The notes under the pieces were generated by a model, which made no database searches, was not told the DNA's origin, and was given only the letters and a program-made list of their open reading frames with translations. Source: Gekko japonicus (Eukaryota). Taken from it: 64,000 bases of DNA. The stretch is from assembly GCF_001447785.1 (NCBI RefSeq), contig NW_015166439.1, positions 1-64,000 of the forward strand, read 5' to 3'. A program made the translations under genes and the position numbers. Positions 11,201 to 23,200 of this stretch are shown here, piece by piece; within the stretch, counting starts at the first letter, position 1, and every line of letters begins with the position of its first letter.

Positions 11201-14200
11201 GAATCTCCTCTCAGCCTCAAATTCACTAGGGGGCGCTGGCTCTCTCCCAACAAGGAGATTTGCAATATGGGGATAACAATAACCATTCAAGCTGATCCCA
11301 CAAGGAAGTTTATAGTAATTAGAGATATACCTGCAACAAGCAACATATATCCTTGCTATTATTGTGGTATATATGCTGGAATCCTTATTGTCACATTATA
11401 TATTAGAATCATTAAAAAGAGAGACTTTTCAAATTCCACAAATGGATCTGCTCCTCAGACTGCACTTTTAAACTTCCTTTAATGAATCCTCACCAGTCCA
11501 GGAAGTATTCCCTTTCAGAATTAAACACAGCTGGGCTGGATTTTCTAGGCAACTTCCCAACCACACACAAGGACACACATGAAGCTGCTTTCTATTCAAT
11601 CAGACCACTGGTCTACCAAGGTCAGGACTGTCTACTCTAGTTGACAGTCTTGGGCAGAGGTCTTTTGCATGACCTGCCACCTGATACTTCCAAACTGAAG
11701 AATCCAAGCTCTGAACCTGGGGACCCTTCCACACACAAAGTTGGATGTTCTACCACTGAGTGCTGGTCCTGCCCCATGCTGCATTTCATAACACNNNNNN
11801 NNNNNNNNNNNNNNNNNNNNNNNNNNNNNNNNNNNNNNNNNNNNNNNNNNNNNNNNNNNNNNNNNNNNNNNNNNNNNNNNNNNNNNNNNNNNNNNNNNNN
11901 NNNNNNNNNNNNNNNNNNNNNNNNNNNNNNNNNNNNNNNNNCTCCCTCTTCCCCTCTCTCAGCACTGAGAATAGTTCAAATCCCTGCCCTCCCCAATGCT
12001 ATTTTCCAGCTCACCTTTTTGATGGCTGTCCAGTCCTCCATGATGTCAATATCACGCAACATGTAGACAATGTAGGGGCGTGGGAAAGGTGAGTTAAGGG
12101 TGTGCCACTGCATCTGCTGCCATGAAAACAACTCCTGCATCTCCCACCCCACCCCAAACTGTGGTCAGTCTTCTGGCCAGCGCAGCTTCTCTCACCTCTG
12201 CCCATGCTGAAATTCCCTCTTCCAAACAAGCACGGAAGTTGCCCGAGCCCTCTGCCCCACCTGATCAGGAAGAGCGAGCATCAGTAGCAGCTCTCGCCTC
12301 AAAACTATCTTTGGGACTGGAAGTACAAAAGGATATCAGATACCAACGGTGGCTTCTTCCTCTTGCCAGGCCGGAGAGAGTCCCATTCCTTTGCACTGTG
12401 CTTTGGCCGAAGTTTGTCATCCCACCATTCTAGAAGAAGAAATTAGAGATGAAAGCATTAACCCCGGGGGGGGGGGGGGGAGCAAGAGACACCACCAAAA
12501 GGGACTGAGAGCTCCAGAATCTGACCAGTCATTCCCACATTACTACCTTTGATGGAACAGACACACATCCAGACATATTGGATATTTGTTACCAGAACAA
12601 TTTGGAGAGCGTGTGCAGTTACCGCAGTTACCATGAGAGATTATCCATGGCCTACCGTGTAAACCTTTAGCAATTGTGCACCACGTGAGAAAGCAACACC
12701 TGGATCTAAAGCAATCCCCCCCATATCTTTATTTCTGGATGTGTGTTGTTTTACAACAGTAATATTGACCACTGAGGAAGGCCCTAAGGGGCCAAAATGT
12801 GTATGGTCTACTGGTGGTCATATGATATACCCATAAATTGTGTATGTGAAACTAACAGCTCTGCATGTAAAAAGTTTTAAGAGTCTGATATTTGGATCAT
12901 TTCTTTTAACCTATTTTATTTTTTACTAATGTGTGCACCATAATAAACATTTGTATTTTATAATACTTTATTTTGTTAGCTTGATATATCACAGTCATTC
13001 CCACATGCCTGGGAATTCTGGTAACTGTAATTTTGTGCAGGAAGCTATGAATTTCCAACAGACACTTTTTGTCACCCATATGAAACAACAATTCCCAGGG
13101 TTCTTTTGTTACCCTTTAATTGAACATTTTAATGATACAGCAGCAGCACAAGAGAAAACCTGCAACTGAGCTGTGAACATTAAAAAAATAATGAGATAGT
13201 TCACTATGAATACCTTTGTACTGTCTAGTATGCAGATTTTTTTGGCTTCTTTGCCTGATATAAAATAGAGCCAAGTTTGAACAGAAAAATGACTATTCTT
13301 GTCCGCCACCATTGACTGTGTGAATGTAATTCAAAAAAGCCTCCCACACCTGGTGGCTTTCTGCACAGGACAACACAGAGCTTGGGTTGTCTCTATGAAG
13401 ATATTCAATAAAAAAAATTAAAGAGCTAAGTGGAATCCCCCACCAGCCCCCATAAAGAAGAATCAGCTGAGGTTTACGAGGAATTTCATGGCTAAGTAAC
13501 GTCCTGGTTTTTCTAAACAATTATTTGCCACCTCCCCCCATTGCACATGAATGCATAACCACCATATGTGAAGTTCTGTGCCCATCAGGTTGTAACCTTC
13601 CCAGCACTTAAAAGTGACGGATCTGAAGTGGAACAGTGTATTGAGCCTTTCATTCCTGGGTAAGGTAGTCGAGAGAGCCGCTCCAGACTTTTTTGGAGGA
13701 TACATCAGCTCTGGACCCATTTCAATCCGGCTTCCACCCTGGCCATGGGTCAGTGCTGGTCACTCTCATAGATGACCTTTGAGCTGGATTGAGGCGGCTC
13801 AGCACTGGTGCTATTGCTTGATCTGACAGCAGCGTTCAACATGGTCGATTATGATCTGCTGAGCCACCGCCCCGCCAATGTGGGGATTTGTGGGACAGCC
13901 TTGAAATGGCTCGTCTCTTCTCCCAGGTCGGGGACAGAGGGTGGCGCTAGGGGAGACGGTTTCACCATGATACCCTTTGGTGTGTGGTGTTCCCCAAGGG
14001 GCAATCCTCTCCCCAATGCTATTTAACATCTATATGCGCCCCCTCGTCCAGCTACTACAGAGTTCCAGGATGGGTTGTCATCAGTATGTAGATGATACCC
14101 AGCTGTATCTATTGATGAGTGGCCGGCCGGATGCTGCCCCAGATATTTTGGCCAAAGGCTTGGAGGCTATGGTTAGCTGACTGAAATTAAGTCCGTCTAA

Positions 14201-17200
14201 GATGGAGGTCCCGTGGCTGGGCTGGGAGGACTCTGGGTTAGGGTGCCAACTCCCGGCTCTTGACAGTGTGCCTTTGACATCAGTGTGCCTTTGACATCAT
14301 CTGTCAAGAGTCTGGGTGAGATTCTGGATGCCTCCCTCTCAATGGAGGCCCAGATCACAAATGTGGCCAGGCTGGCATTTTTCCACCTGCACCAGGTTAG
14401 ACAACTGGCCTCCTTCCTGTCTTGCCCTGACTTAGCCACAGATTAGACTACTGTAACTTACTGTATGCAGGCCAACCCTTGAGGCTGACCCAGAAACTTC
14501 AACCGGTCCAGAATGCAGTAGCATGTGTTCTTATGGTAACCCCATTTAGAGCTCATATCCGATCGGTGCTCCGCCAACTGCACTGGCTCCAGGTTAAATA
14601 CCGGATCAGGATCAAGGTTTTGGGATTGACCTTTAAAGCCCTAAACTGTCTGGGACCAACGTATCTGCAGGACCACCTCTCCTGGTATGCCCCCCAAAGA
14701 GCACTACGCTCAATGGATGACAACGTACTAGTGATCCCTGGCCCGAAAAATATCCAGCTGTCCTCAACCAGAACCAGGGCTTTTTTGGCCCTGGACCCGA
14801 CCTGGTGGAACTCGCTGTCGAATAAGACCCAGTCCCTGTGAGATCTGATGCAATTCTGTAGGGCTTGTAAGACTGAGATGTCCCACCAGGCCTATGGGTG
14901 AGGACAACATTTCCATTAAGACTGGCCTCCCTTCTTTTCTTCTCCACCCCCGTTCCATTTCCCTTTCCTTTGGCCGTTACTCTCTTAGTTACTTAATCCG
15001 TATGATATTTACTCCCCTTCCTGGCTAAGGGGCATTATGCTGTGCTCCCTTCTTATGTGCCACTGTACTGGTTGTTAGTAGTACTGTTAAGAATTGTTTT
15101 TAATAAGTTAATTTATGGCTATTGTTGTTATCCGGCTCTGAGCCCTTCCTATCGGTTAAATTGAATAATTGCATTATTACATTTTATCCCATCCTTCCTC
15201 TATAAATGTTTATGTATGATGCTTCCTCCATCGCTGAGCAGGGATTTCAACCAATATCTCCCCAATCCAACCACTACATCACATAACACTGACAGAAAGC
15301 AACTTTGATATGTACAACTGCCCGTCCCAATTTAATTCACAAGATTCTTTGAGGGAAGGCGTGACAAATGTGTAGATATGCCAGAGTGACCCCTTCGGAA
15401 AGATGCTGTCTATTGATAAAGAACATTTGATTTCCTATTCGTCTTTTAGTCCAGGTGGGTCTGCATGTCTGAATGGGGGGGGGAGGGGAGGAGGAGATTG
15501 GATTTATACCCCATCCTTCACTTCCTGAAGGAGTCTCAGAGCAGCACAATCTTCTTTCCCTTCACACAACAGACACCCTGTGTGGTAGGTGGGTATGAGA
15601 GAGTTCTTTCAAGAACTGCCCTTGAGAGAACAGCTCTGAGAAAACTATGACTGACCCAAGGTCATGCCAGCAGCTGCATGTGAAGGAGTGGGGAATCAAA
15701 CCTGGGTCTCCCAGATTAGAGTCTGTACTTCTAACCACTACACCAAACTGGCCTGCTGAATCAGACCAATGGTCCACTGAGTCCACCATCCTGTCTCACA
15801 CAGTGGCCAACCAGTTCCACTGGAGGGCCATAAACAAGGCATAGAGATCGAGGCTTTTCCCTGAGGTAGTCTCCTGGCTCTGGGATTCAAAGGTTTAGTG
15901 CCTTGGAATCCCAGAACCAGGAGATTGGGGTGTGTGTGTCAAAAGGCAGGTCAGAATTCAGGAGGGCAACAGCAACCACAGGGGACAGTGTGTGTGAGTG
16001 CGAATAAAGAGGGCACTCCCTTACTGACCTGAGGTGAGGCCCACACTGTGCCTGTCATCTTCCAACCGCTGGATCCGTTCCAGCAGACGCTCCTGAAGGG
16101 TGTCATACAGCAACAGCTTTTCGCTCTGGGTGGGGAAACAAAGCACAGTCTGTCTTTTCTGTTTCTGCCCCTCATTGTGGCCTCTACTGATTCAGGGCCC
16201 TGTCTGGTCTCTGGCTGTATTAAAGTAAGGGCTACCCACCACCACTTCCTTTACTTAGACATTCTGCCTTCTAGGAAATGTGCGATTCCAATTAATTCCA
16301 ATTAATGTCAGAATCAGAGTCAACTAACTGTTACTACAGTTATCAACAGGCCTGGAGGGGGGAAATTCTGCCTCTTTAATAGGGGCTTAATGTGTAGAAA
16401 TGGACATCTGAATTTTTTCACAACATAGATGAAAAATTAACATCACCTGGTAAATAACATCACATTAAGCCTCCACTAAAGGGGCAAGACATTTCCCTCC
16501 AAGCAATCATGTTAACTTGTCTTCTCCATGAGCGGCTGTTACTACTTTGTCTTGGATGTAACCAGAGATCTTTTGCCCTAGAGCATAAATCCACATCTAT
16601 TTCCCTTTACCACGTGTTCCTAAATTTGATACGTTGGGGGTCTCTGTGCAACCTGCATTTTTATCCCACCTTTCTTCTCCCCTCCTCCATTTTGAACTAG
16701 CAACCACCATGAGAGAGGTCAGGCTGAAAGATTAGCTCAAGGAAGCTTCACGGCCAAACGTGGACTTGAGCCCAGGATCTCCCCAGCCCAACATTCCAAC
16801 CGCTCCACAACACGGGCTCACTGCCCAGCTGGAACCCTGTCAGAAAAGGCTTACAGGACGCTGACACCAGAATTTCCGCTAAGCTCGCAAGATCCAATTC
16901 TATGCGCAATCACCGTTCACTTGTGAAAGGTTACAGTGGCTGCTCTTGCCAAACCCCTCTGTGGTGAAGAAAGCGAGAAGCTTCCCTTGAGACACACACT
17001 GACCAAAGGTAGCTTCTGCTCTAATCAGGCTGATTACAACACACATTGTACTCCTGCAACATCCTGAGTTACGTCTTTCCAACACCCCTCCCACCTTCTG
17101 ACTGGGATATAAGGACTTCGAGATCTCTGTTCCTGTACATATCTGACAAAGGAAACTTCGACTCTCGAAAGCTTATACTCCGGAAATCTTGTTGGTCTCT

Positions 17201-20200
17201 AAGGTACTACCAGACTTGAATCTTAACTGATCAAAGGTCTACTTCAGGAGAGAACTTGAAACTGGAAGATCCCCCTCTTCCCCAAAAATGCCTAGGGCTT
17301 TTAGCCTGCTGAAGAGCTGACGACTTTGCCATTGCCATCCTCCCCCCATTAAGTCAAGCTGACTGTCAAGCTGACTTCTGGTGACCCCTAGTGGGGCTTG
17401 AAGGCAAGGGACAGTCAGAGGTTTGACTCTGAGAAGCTTATACCCTGGAAACCTTGTTGGTCTTTAAGATGTTACTGGACTCGAATCACATCGAAGACTG
17501 TTTGCCAAGCTGACCGACTGCATGCCAGCTCGGTGGCTCTTGCGCTCTCCTTTGGGCTCACATCCCCACCCCAGATGTAGCCTCAGAACGGAAAGAGAGG
17601 AACATTGGTTTGCTGCCTCCTCCCTCCCCCCCTCCCAGGACAAACCCCTGCACTTCCTTCGGCCAAAGCTGGCTTTAAACAGGTCAGTGCTGACTGGGCG
17701 TGCCCCCATCCACAGGGGACTCTGCAATCCAGTTGGGTCCCTCCAACATGGTGGCCGTACCTCCCACAGCTCAGCCTGGTTAGGTGAACAGCAGCGCTCA
17801 GCATCACCATGGCAACTGCTGCCTCCTTCCCCAACTCCTATGCTGCCGAGGGATCTGCCAGGTTGGGTGTGTGTGCGTGCTCCTTTTAATGTGCAACTTA
17901 AAACCCACTCTCCATATTCCATGACAGAAACACGGAAAATTATGTGTTGTCCTCCTCGGCAATGTTTTGCTTTACAGAAAGCCAACGATGCTTTAGCATA
18001 ACGAGCCTCTGCCTAGCTGCGTGTTCCATAAAAGCAGGGAACTCTGTGGCTGCAAACTGGGTGCCCTCAGACCGCCGGCTGGCAGAAGAAGCTACTCCTT
18101 TTGGACAAAAGTGATCGAATTATTCCACAAAGAGCACCTTGAGTCGCTGCCTTAAGAAGATGGTGCTGCTGAAAACTTCTGTGCCTCCCATATGTTTGTA
18201 TGGGGGGGAGAGGAAAGAGCCCTCCTGAAGCAGGAGAACAGACCGTCTGGTCCAGCATCCTGTTTCCCACAGTGACCAAAGAGATACCCTGGAACAACCA
18301 CCAGCAAAGGCACAGAGGTCAAAGTCCCCACCCCCAGCAACTGGTTTCTCAGCATAGGGTTTTTCCTTTTTTCAGAGCTTCAGGAATGAGTTCTGAGAAA
18401 CATGAAAGTTAAGTCCATTGTCTGGCAACCTAATGAAGGTCCCAGGATACCGTTCCTGTTTGAATTTCTTTCCAGCTACAGCTACCACCAATCAGAAAAA
18501 GGGTGTTACGTCCTTGCTGTTATTTGGAAACTCCAACCCCACCCCAGAAGTGATTATGAAACACTCCTTGCTTCATAGGGTCTGAGAAGGATTTTAAAAA
18601 GGGACGAGAGATGAGGGTCCCAACCTCCAGATGCTGCTGCGCTCCCTGAAGTTCACACCGATGTTTGTGATGAATCACCTCCAGGCAGAAGTTTCTGTAG
18701 ATCCCTACGAAAACAAAAAGGGTCAGAGACAGACTCTTCGTCCTAATATGAGCTGCAGCCAGCCCTGAAACCTTCTGCCAATGTCACGTCCTAGCCGTGG
18801 AAAAGGATGAGTTCCTCCGAGCATGGGCTGAATGTATGCATTTCCATTGCTGCTATGTGACGAGACCGGCTTCTCTCTTTTCAGAAATTAATGACTGCCC
18901 CAATTCTTAGAGGCTCTCTCCTCTCTTCACTGCCACTGCCGGCCCCTCTGCTAGCAAGGATCCTGCTCACCAGCCACTTCGATCCGGATCTGCATGTGGT
19001 TCTGTAGGACTCCCAGAGGCTCCAGATACTCCACTGCTTTCCCAAGCATCACATCCTCCAGTTTCATCTTCACTTGATTCAGGCGCTCCTTGAAAAGCCT
19101 GCAGAAGAGCACAGACACATTCACCCAAGATTCTTATGGAAAGGGTTCCAAGGTGTGTGTTTGGGGGGTGGGGTGTAATTCCTACACCTGCAGAAAATAA
19201 ATCATGATTTTTCTGGTCAGCTACATGCCTCTGGGAAGCTCATAAGCAGTACAGACAGACAACCTTTATTGGCATATCAGAGATAAAAGTACATTAAAAT
19301 TTAGGAATACATCAAAAATGTGGCTGTCATACAAACAAACAGCAAGAAGAAAAACCTGATCAGTTTATAGTTTCCCTGATTTGAATTGCAGATTGAAGAA
19401 AACAGGCAACATTAAAGGTTATATAAGAATTTTGCCCTGAGAGTAGCAATTGGACTTTGACAGTCTCAGGGAGACCACACCATGTAAAAAGAAGGGAGTC
19501 CAGAAATTTATCCCGGGTCTTAGTATAAAATGGGCAATTTAAAAGAACGTGGGAAAAAGATTCAATGGCACCCTGACTGCAAAGGTCTAAATTCATAAGG
19601 GATTTTATGGCATCTTCCAGAGAAGATAGCCAATGGCAATACGTTAAATCTGGCTAACAAATGCCCTTCTTTGATGGGGGTCAGTTAAAGAGCAAAAATA
19701 AGTAGCTGTCTGGCCCAGTGTCTGGGGTGATCCCAGATGAATTGCAGAACAAGTTTTCCTAGCTCCCTCCTTCAGGCACTGAAATTGAATATATAAAAAC
19801 CTGCATTTGATTGTATGACATATTGTGGAGGCAGATGATAAATAAAGCAGATCTAAAGGTATTCCTAAGGACCTAATTTTTTTTTTTACTAATTTCAGCC
19901 AATTAGGTTCACAGTGATCTGTCAGCATTAAAAAGGTAAAAGAATTCGGGTCAGGATTAAACAGAAGGCGCAACCAAAATTTGATGGTCAAAAGCCAGGC
20001 CTGAGTTTCCAGGCAGGGACATCTGACCAGTTTCGAGACACATCGCGGCATATGGGACACAATTAAGAAGACCAAGGATTTTCCACACACAAAAAAATTT
20101 GTAAACCCTCTGCTGATTGGTTAATTGCACTTATCCAAATGGGAGCGCCATATAGGAATTGTGAACTAGATTTTGTGTTGAAGACTTTTACAAGGTTTGA

Positions 20201-23200
20201 TTCCCCAGTAGATTAAATTTAACCTGACAACTGATATGTAAATATGGGTTTTTTATTAAAAAAAAAAAAGCAATCTGGAATCTATATTCATTCTAGGCAT
20301 CTTATCCCATAAGAGGTCTCTTGGGATTGAAACAAACGCCACCTTAAAGTCTAAAAAGGCAGCAAAAAGCTTATTGCCTGGTTTCCCACTGTATTTAGTA
20401 ACAAGGTGTGATAATACTGCACAGTGGTCCAGAGTGGATTTACCCCAATGAAACCCTATTTGTTGTGGTCCTAGGATATTATGGTCAGACGTCCATCCAT
20501 CTAGTTTAATTAGAAGATGTTTGGCATAAAGTTTGCCAACTACTGATAAAAGTCTAATCGGTCTATAATTTTCGGGAGATGAAGAATCACCCTTTTTAAA
20601 AATGGGGACAATGATTGCATTTGCCCATGACTTTGGCACTATTCCAGTGTTATTTATAAAGTAGCCAAAGGAGGGGCCCACCATTCTGGGTGAGACTTCA
20701 ATAGTTCTGGGGGAACTGCATTAGGGCCAGGGGCTTCTTTTGGTTTAAGGCATGTGATCAAGGTAATAATATCCTCAGGGGACAAAGGTGGCCACTCGGT
20801 GGTCTTGAGGGCATCGGGTTCAGTGGGTATGGAAAATTTTTCACCATTTTCATTTAAAAGGTTTTAAAAATATGAAAACCAGGTACGGGAGGAAAGTGAT
20901 GGTGATTAAATTAATTTCCCCCAAGAGCCTGAAGTTAAGGCCCAAAATTTCACACTGTCGTTTAACCTGGATGCCCTGATCAATAGTTCCCACTGGTCCC
21001 TGGCAAACTGGAGCTTCTTGGCTTTGACTAAGTCTGACAGCTGTTGTTTAACAGTAAAGTATTCCTTCAGTAAGGAAGACTTTTTCTGGCTCCGGTAACG
21101 GTGATAAATGGAACGGAGAGTGGACTTCAGACATAAACATTCTCTATTGTACCATGTGTTATGTTTGGGTTTATGTTTAGAGACCAAAAAGGGAACAGGG
21201 TTAAGTAGGGAAATAAAACTGGAGACTAAATTATCATATGAAGCTACCGCTTCAGTGGGGTTTGAAGAAGTCATAAGGGAGGAACTCAAGTCAATAATCA
21301 CCTGCTCAGAGGCTAATAGCTAGACTCTCTCAGTGTGGTTATGTGACCAAATGAATCTAGGGGGGGACTCAAAGGATAAGTCATTAGCTGTAGGGGCTAA
21401 GTCAGGTTCAAGGTGTATCTGAGGGGTAATTGAGAGGCTTAGAGGGAAATGGTCGCTCTCAGTGCGGGCATCAATATAGAACTGAGAAGCGGTACATAAA
21501 AGAACACCCTGTGGTATGTACCCATCATCTTGTGCTCAGAGATATACTGCCTTTGAACATGCAGGCCCCAATTCTAACTACCATGGACAGTAGCAATAAT
21601 CCTCCAGAAATCCATCTAATTCTTTATTAGAACTGCCCTCCTGGAAGCAAACCAATGGTCCATCTAATCCAGGATTTAATGTTCCACAAGGGGCAGATAG
21701 ATCCCTCTGTGTGTGTAGTGGTGCTGGCGCTTAAATACAGGTCATGGTGCTGACAGCTATCACTTGTAGTTCACCCCTAGCTCATGAATCTGCCCCATAC
21801 TGAATCAGACAATCGGTCTACTGAGTTCAGTATTGTCTACTCAGACTGGCAGCAGCTCTCCAGGGTCTCAAACCGAGGTCTTTCACACCACCTACTGCCT
21901 GGTCTTTTCAACTGGTTATGCCAGGGATTGAACCTGGGACCTTCTGCATGCCAAGCAGATGCTCTACCCCTGAGTGACAGCCCCCTCCCCTCATGGCATA
22001 CTGCCTCTGTACAGGGAGCTTCCATTATACAGACTTATATTCCACATTGCTCAGTGTATTTATGGGTCCATGTCCCTTAAAGGACTCACAACAACAGGAA
22101 AAAAACCACCCACACAAGGAGAACAACTAGTTCTTTGGAACGCGAGGGTGGAGAACAGACGGGGCAACTCTGAACGAAGCCAAGAACAGATGTGTGATGG
22201 TGTCTTTGCCTTCCTAGCTGCTGGCCACCCTTTCCTGATAGATCACTCTCCGTGAACACGTCTAATCCCTTCTGAAAGTCGCCTAAGTCAGTGTGAGCAT
22301 GGCTGGTAACATCACTGAGACCTCCTTGTTCGGTTTGCCTCCTGGTGGCTTCACCAGATAAGTGACCAATTGAATTCAAGATAGCAATATGGCATATCTG
22401 AGTTTGCACAAGAACGTCTCTAGTAATCGGTAGCAAATTAAAACAGGTTATCTGCAATTTGACATTCGCTGGAGCCGGATCTAGGAATGATAAGGAAAAA
22501 ATGAAGGATCCCAACCTCAGGTTTTCATCAGAACGGAAATGTGTGAGGGGACCTTCCAGGGGGAAACTGGTGGCCAAGACATAACCCCTTTCCCTGCCTA
22601 CGAATTCTCCCCTTCCAATGAGTCCATCCCCACCCATTTGAATTGATCCCCACCCACCCCTGGCCTCAGATAACCAGAGTGGAGTGAAGATTTACAGAGA
22701 AGAACAGGCAATTCAAGCAAGGTTTATTAGCAAGTTATTGCCAAGACTTGTGTCCTGAGTAACTTTTAGAAACAGCCATCTCTTTTATGTGGGCATGCTT
22801 GTTTCCTTGAATGCTCCAGTCCTGCAGTACGGATTTGTTTTGCACCCTATAGGATCCCTGGAGATGGTTTGTTTTCACATTGCAGAGAGCCAAATTTTTA
22901 AAAAGCATGAGCCCACTGGGAATAATTTGGGATTTTATTATACTCGGTACGGTTTTTCATTTGGAACTGTAAGCCACAAGAGAAAGGCATGGTATAAATA
23001 CTTTAATAAATAAATACAGGGGAACTCTCTCCTTACTCACGGCTCTGCACCTGATCAGGCTCTTTGTAGGGTGAAAAGAAACCTTAAGATTTTCAATCGA
23101 AAACTCTAGAATTGTGAATTGTTTGACCCGTGTGTGGAAGGGGTGGCAGAGACTGGACGTTGTCTCTGCTAGAAAGCTTGGCAGTTAAATTGCAACAGCT

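Noticed and set aside
10865-11482. 205-aa plus-strand ORF (likewise 62396-63064, 22086-22637, 25601-26128)
   Set aside because: Intronic or antisense, no recognisable domains; expected by chance.
11795-11941. Missing BRMS1 exon hidden in the N gap
   Set aside because: The expected 40-nt exon was found at 10963-11002 and the frame closes without another exon.
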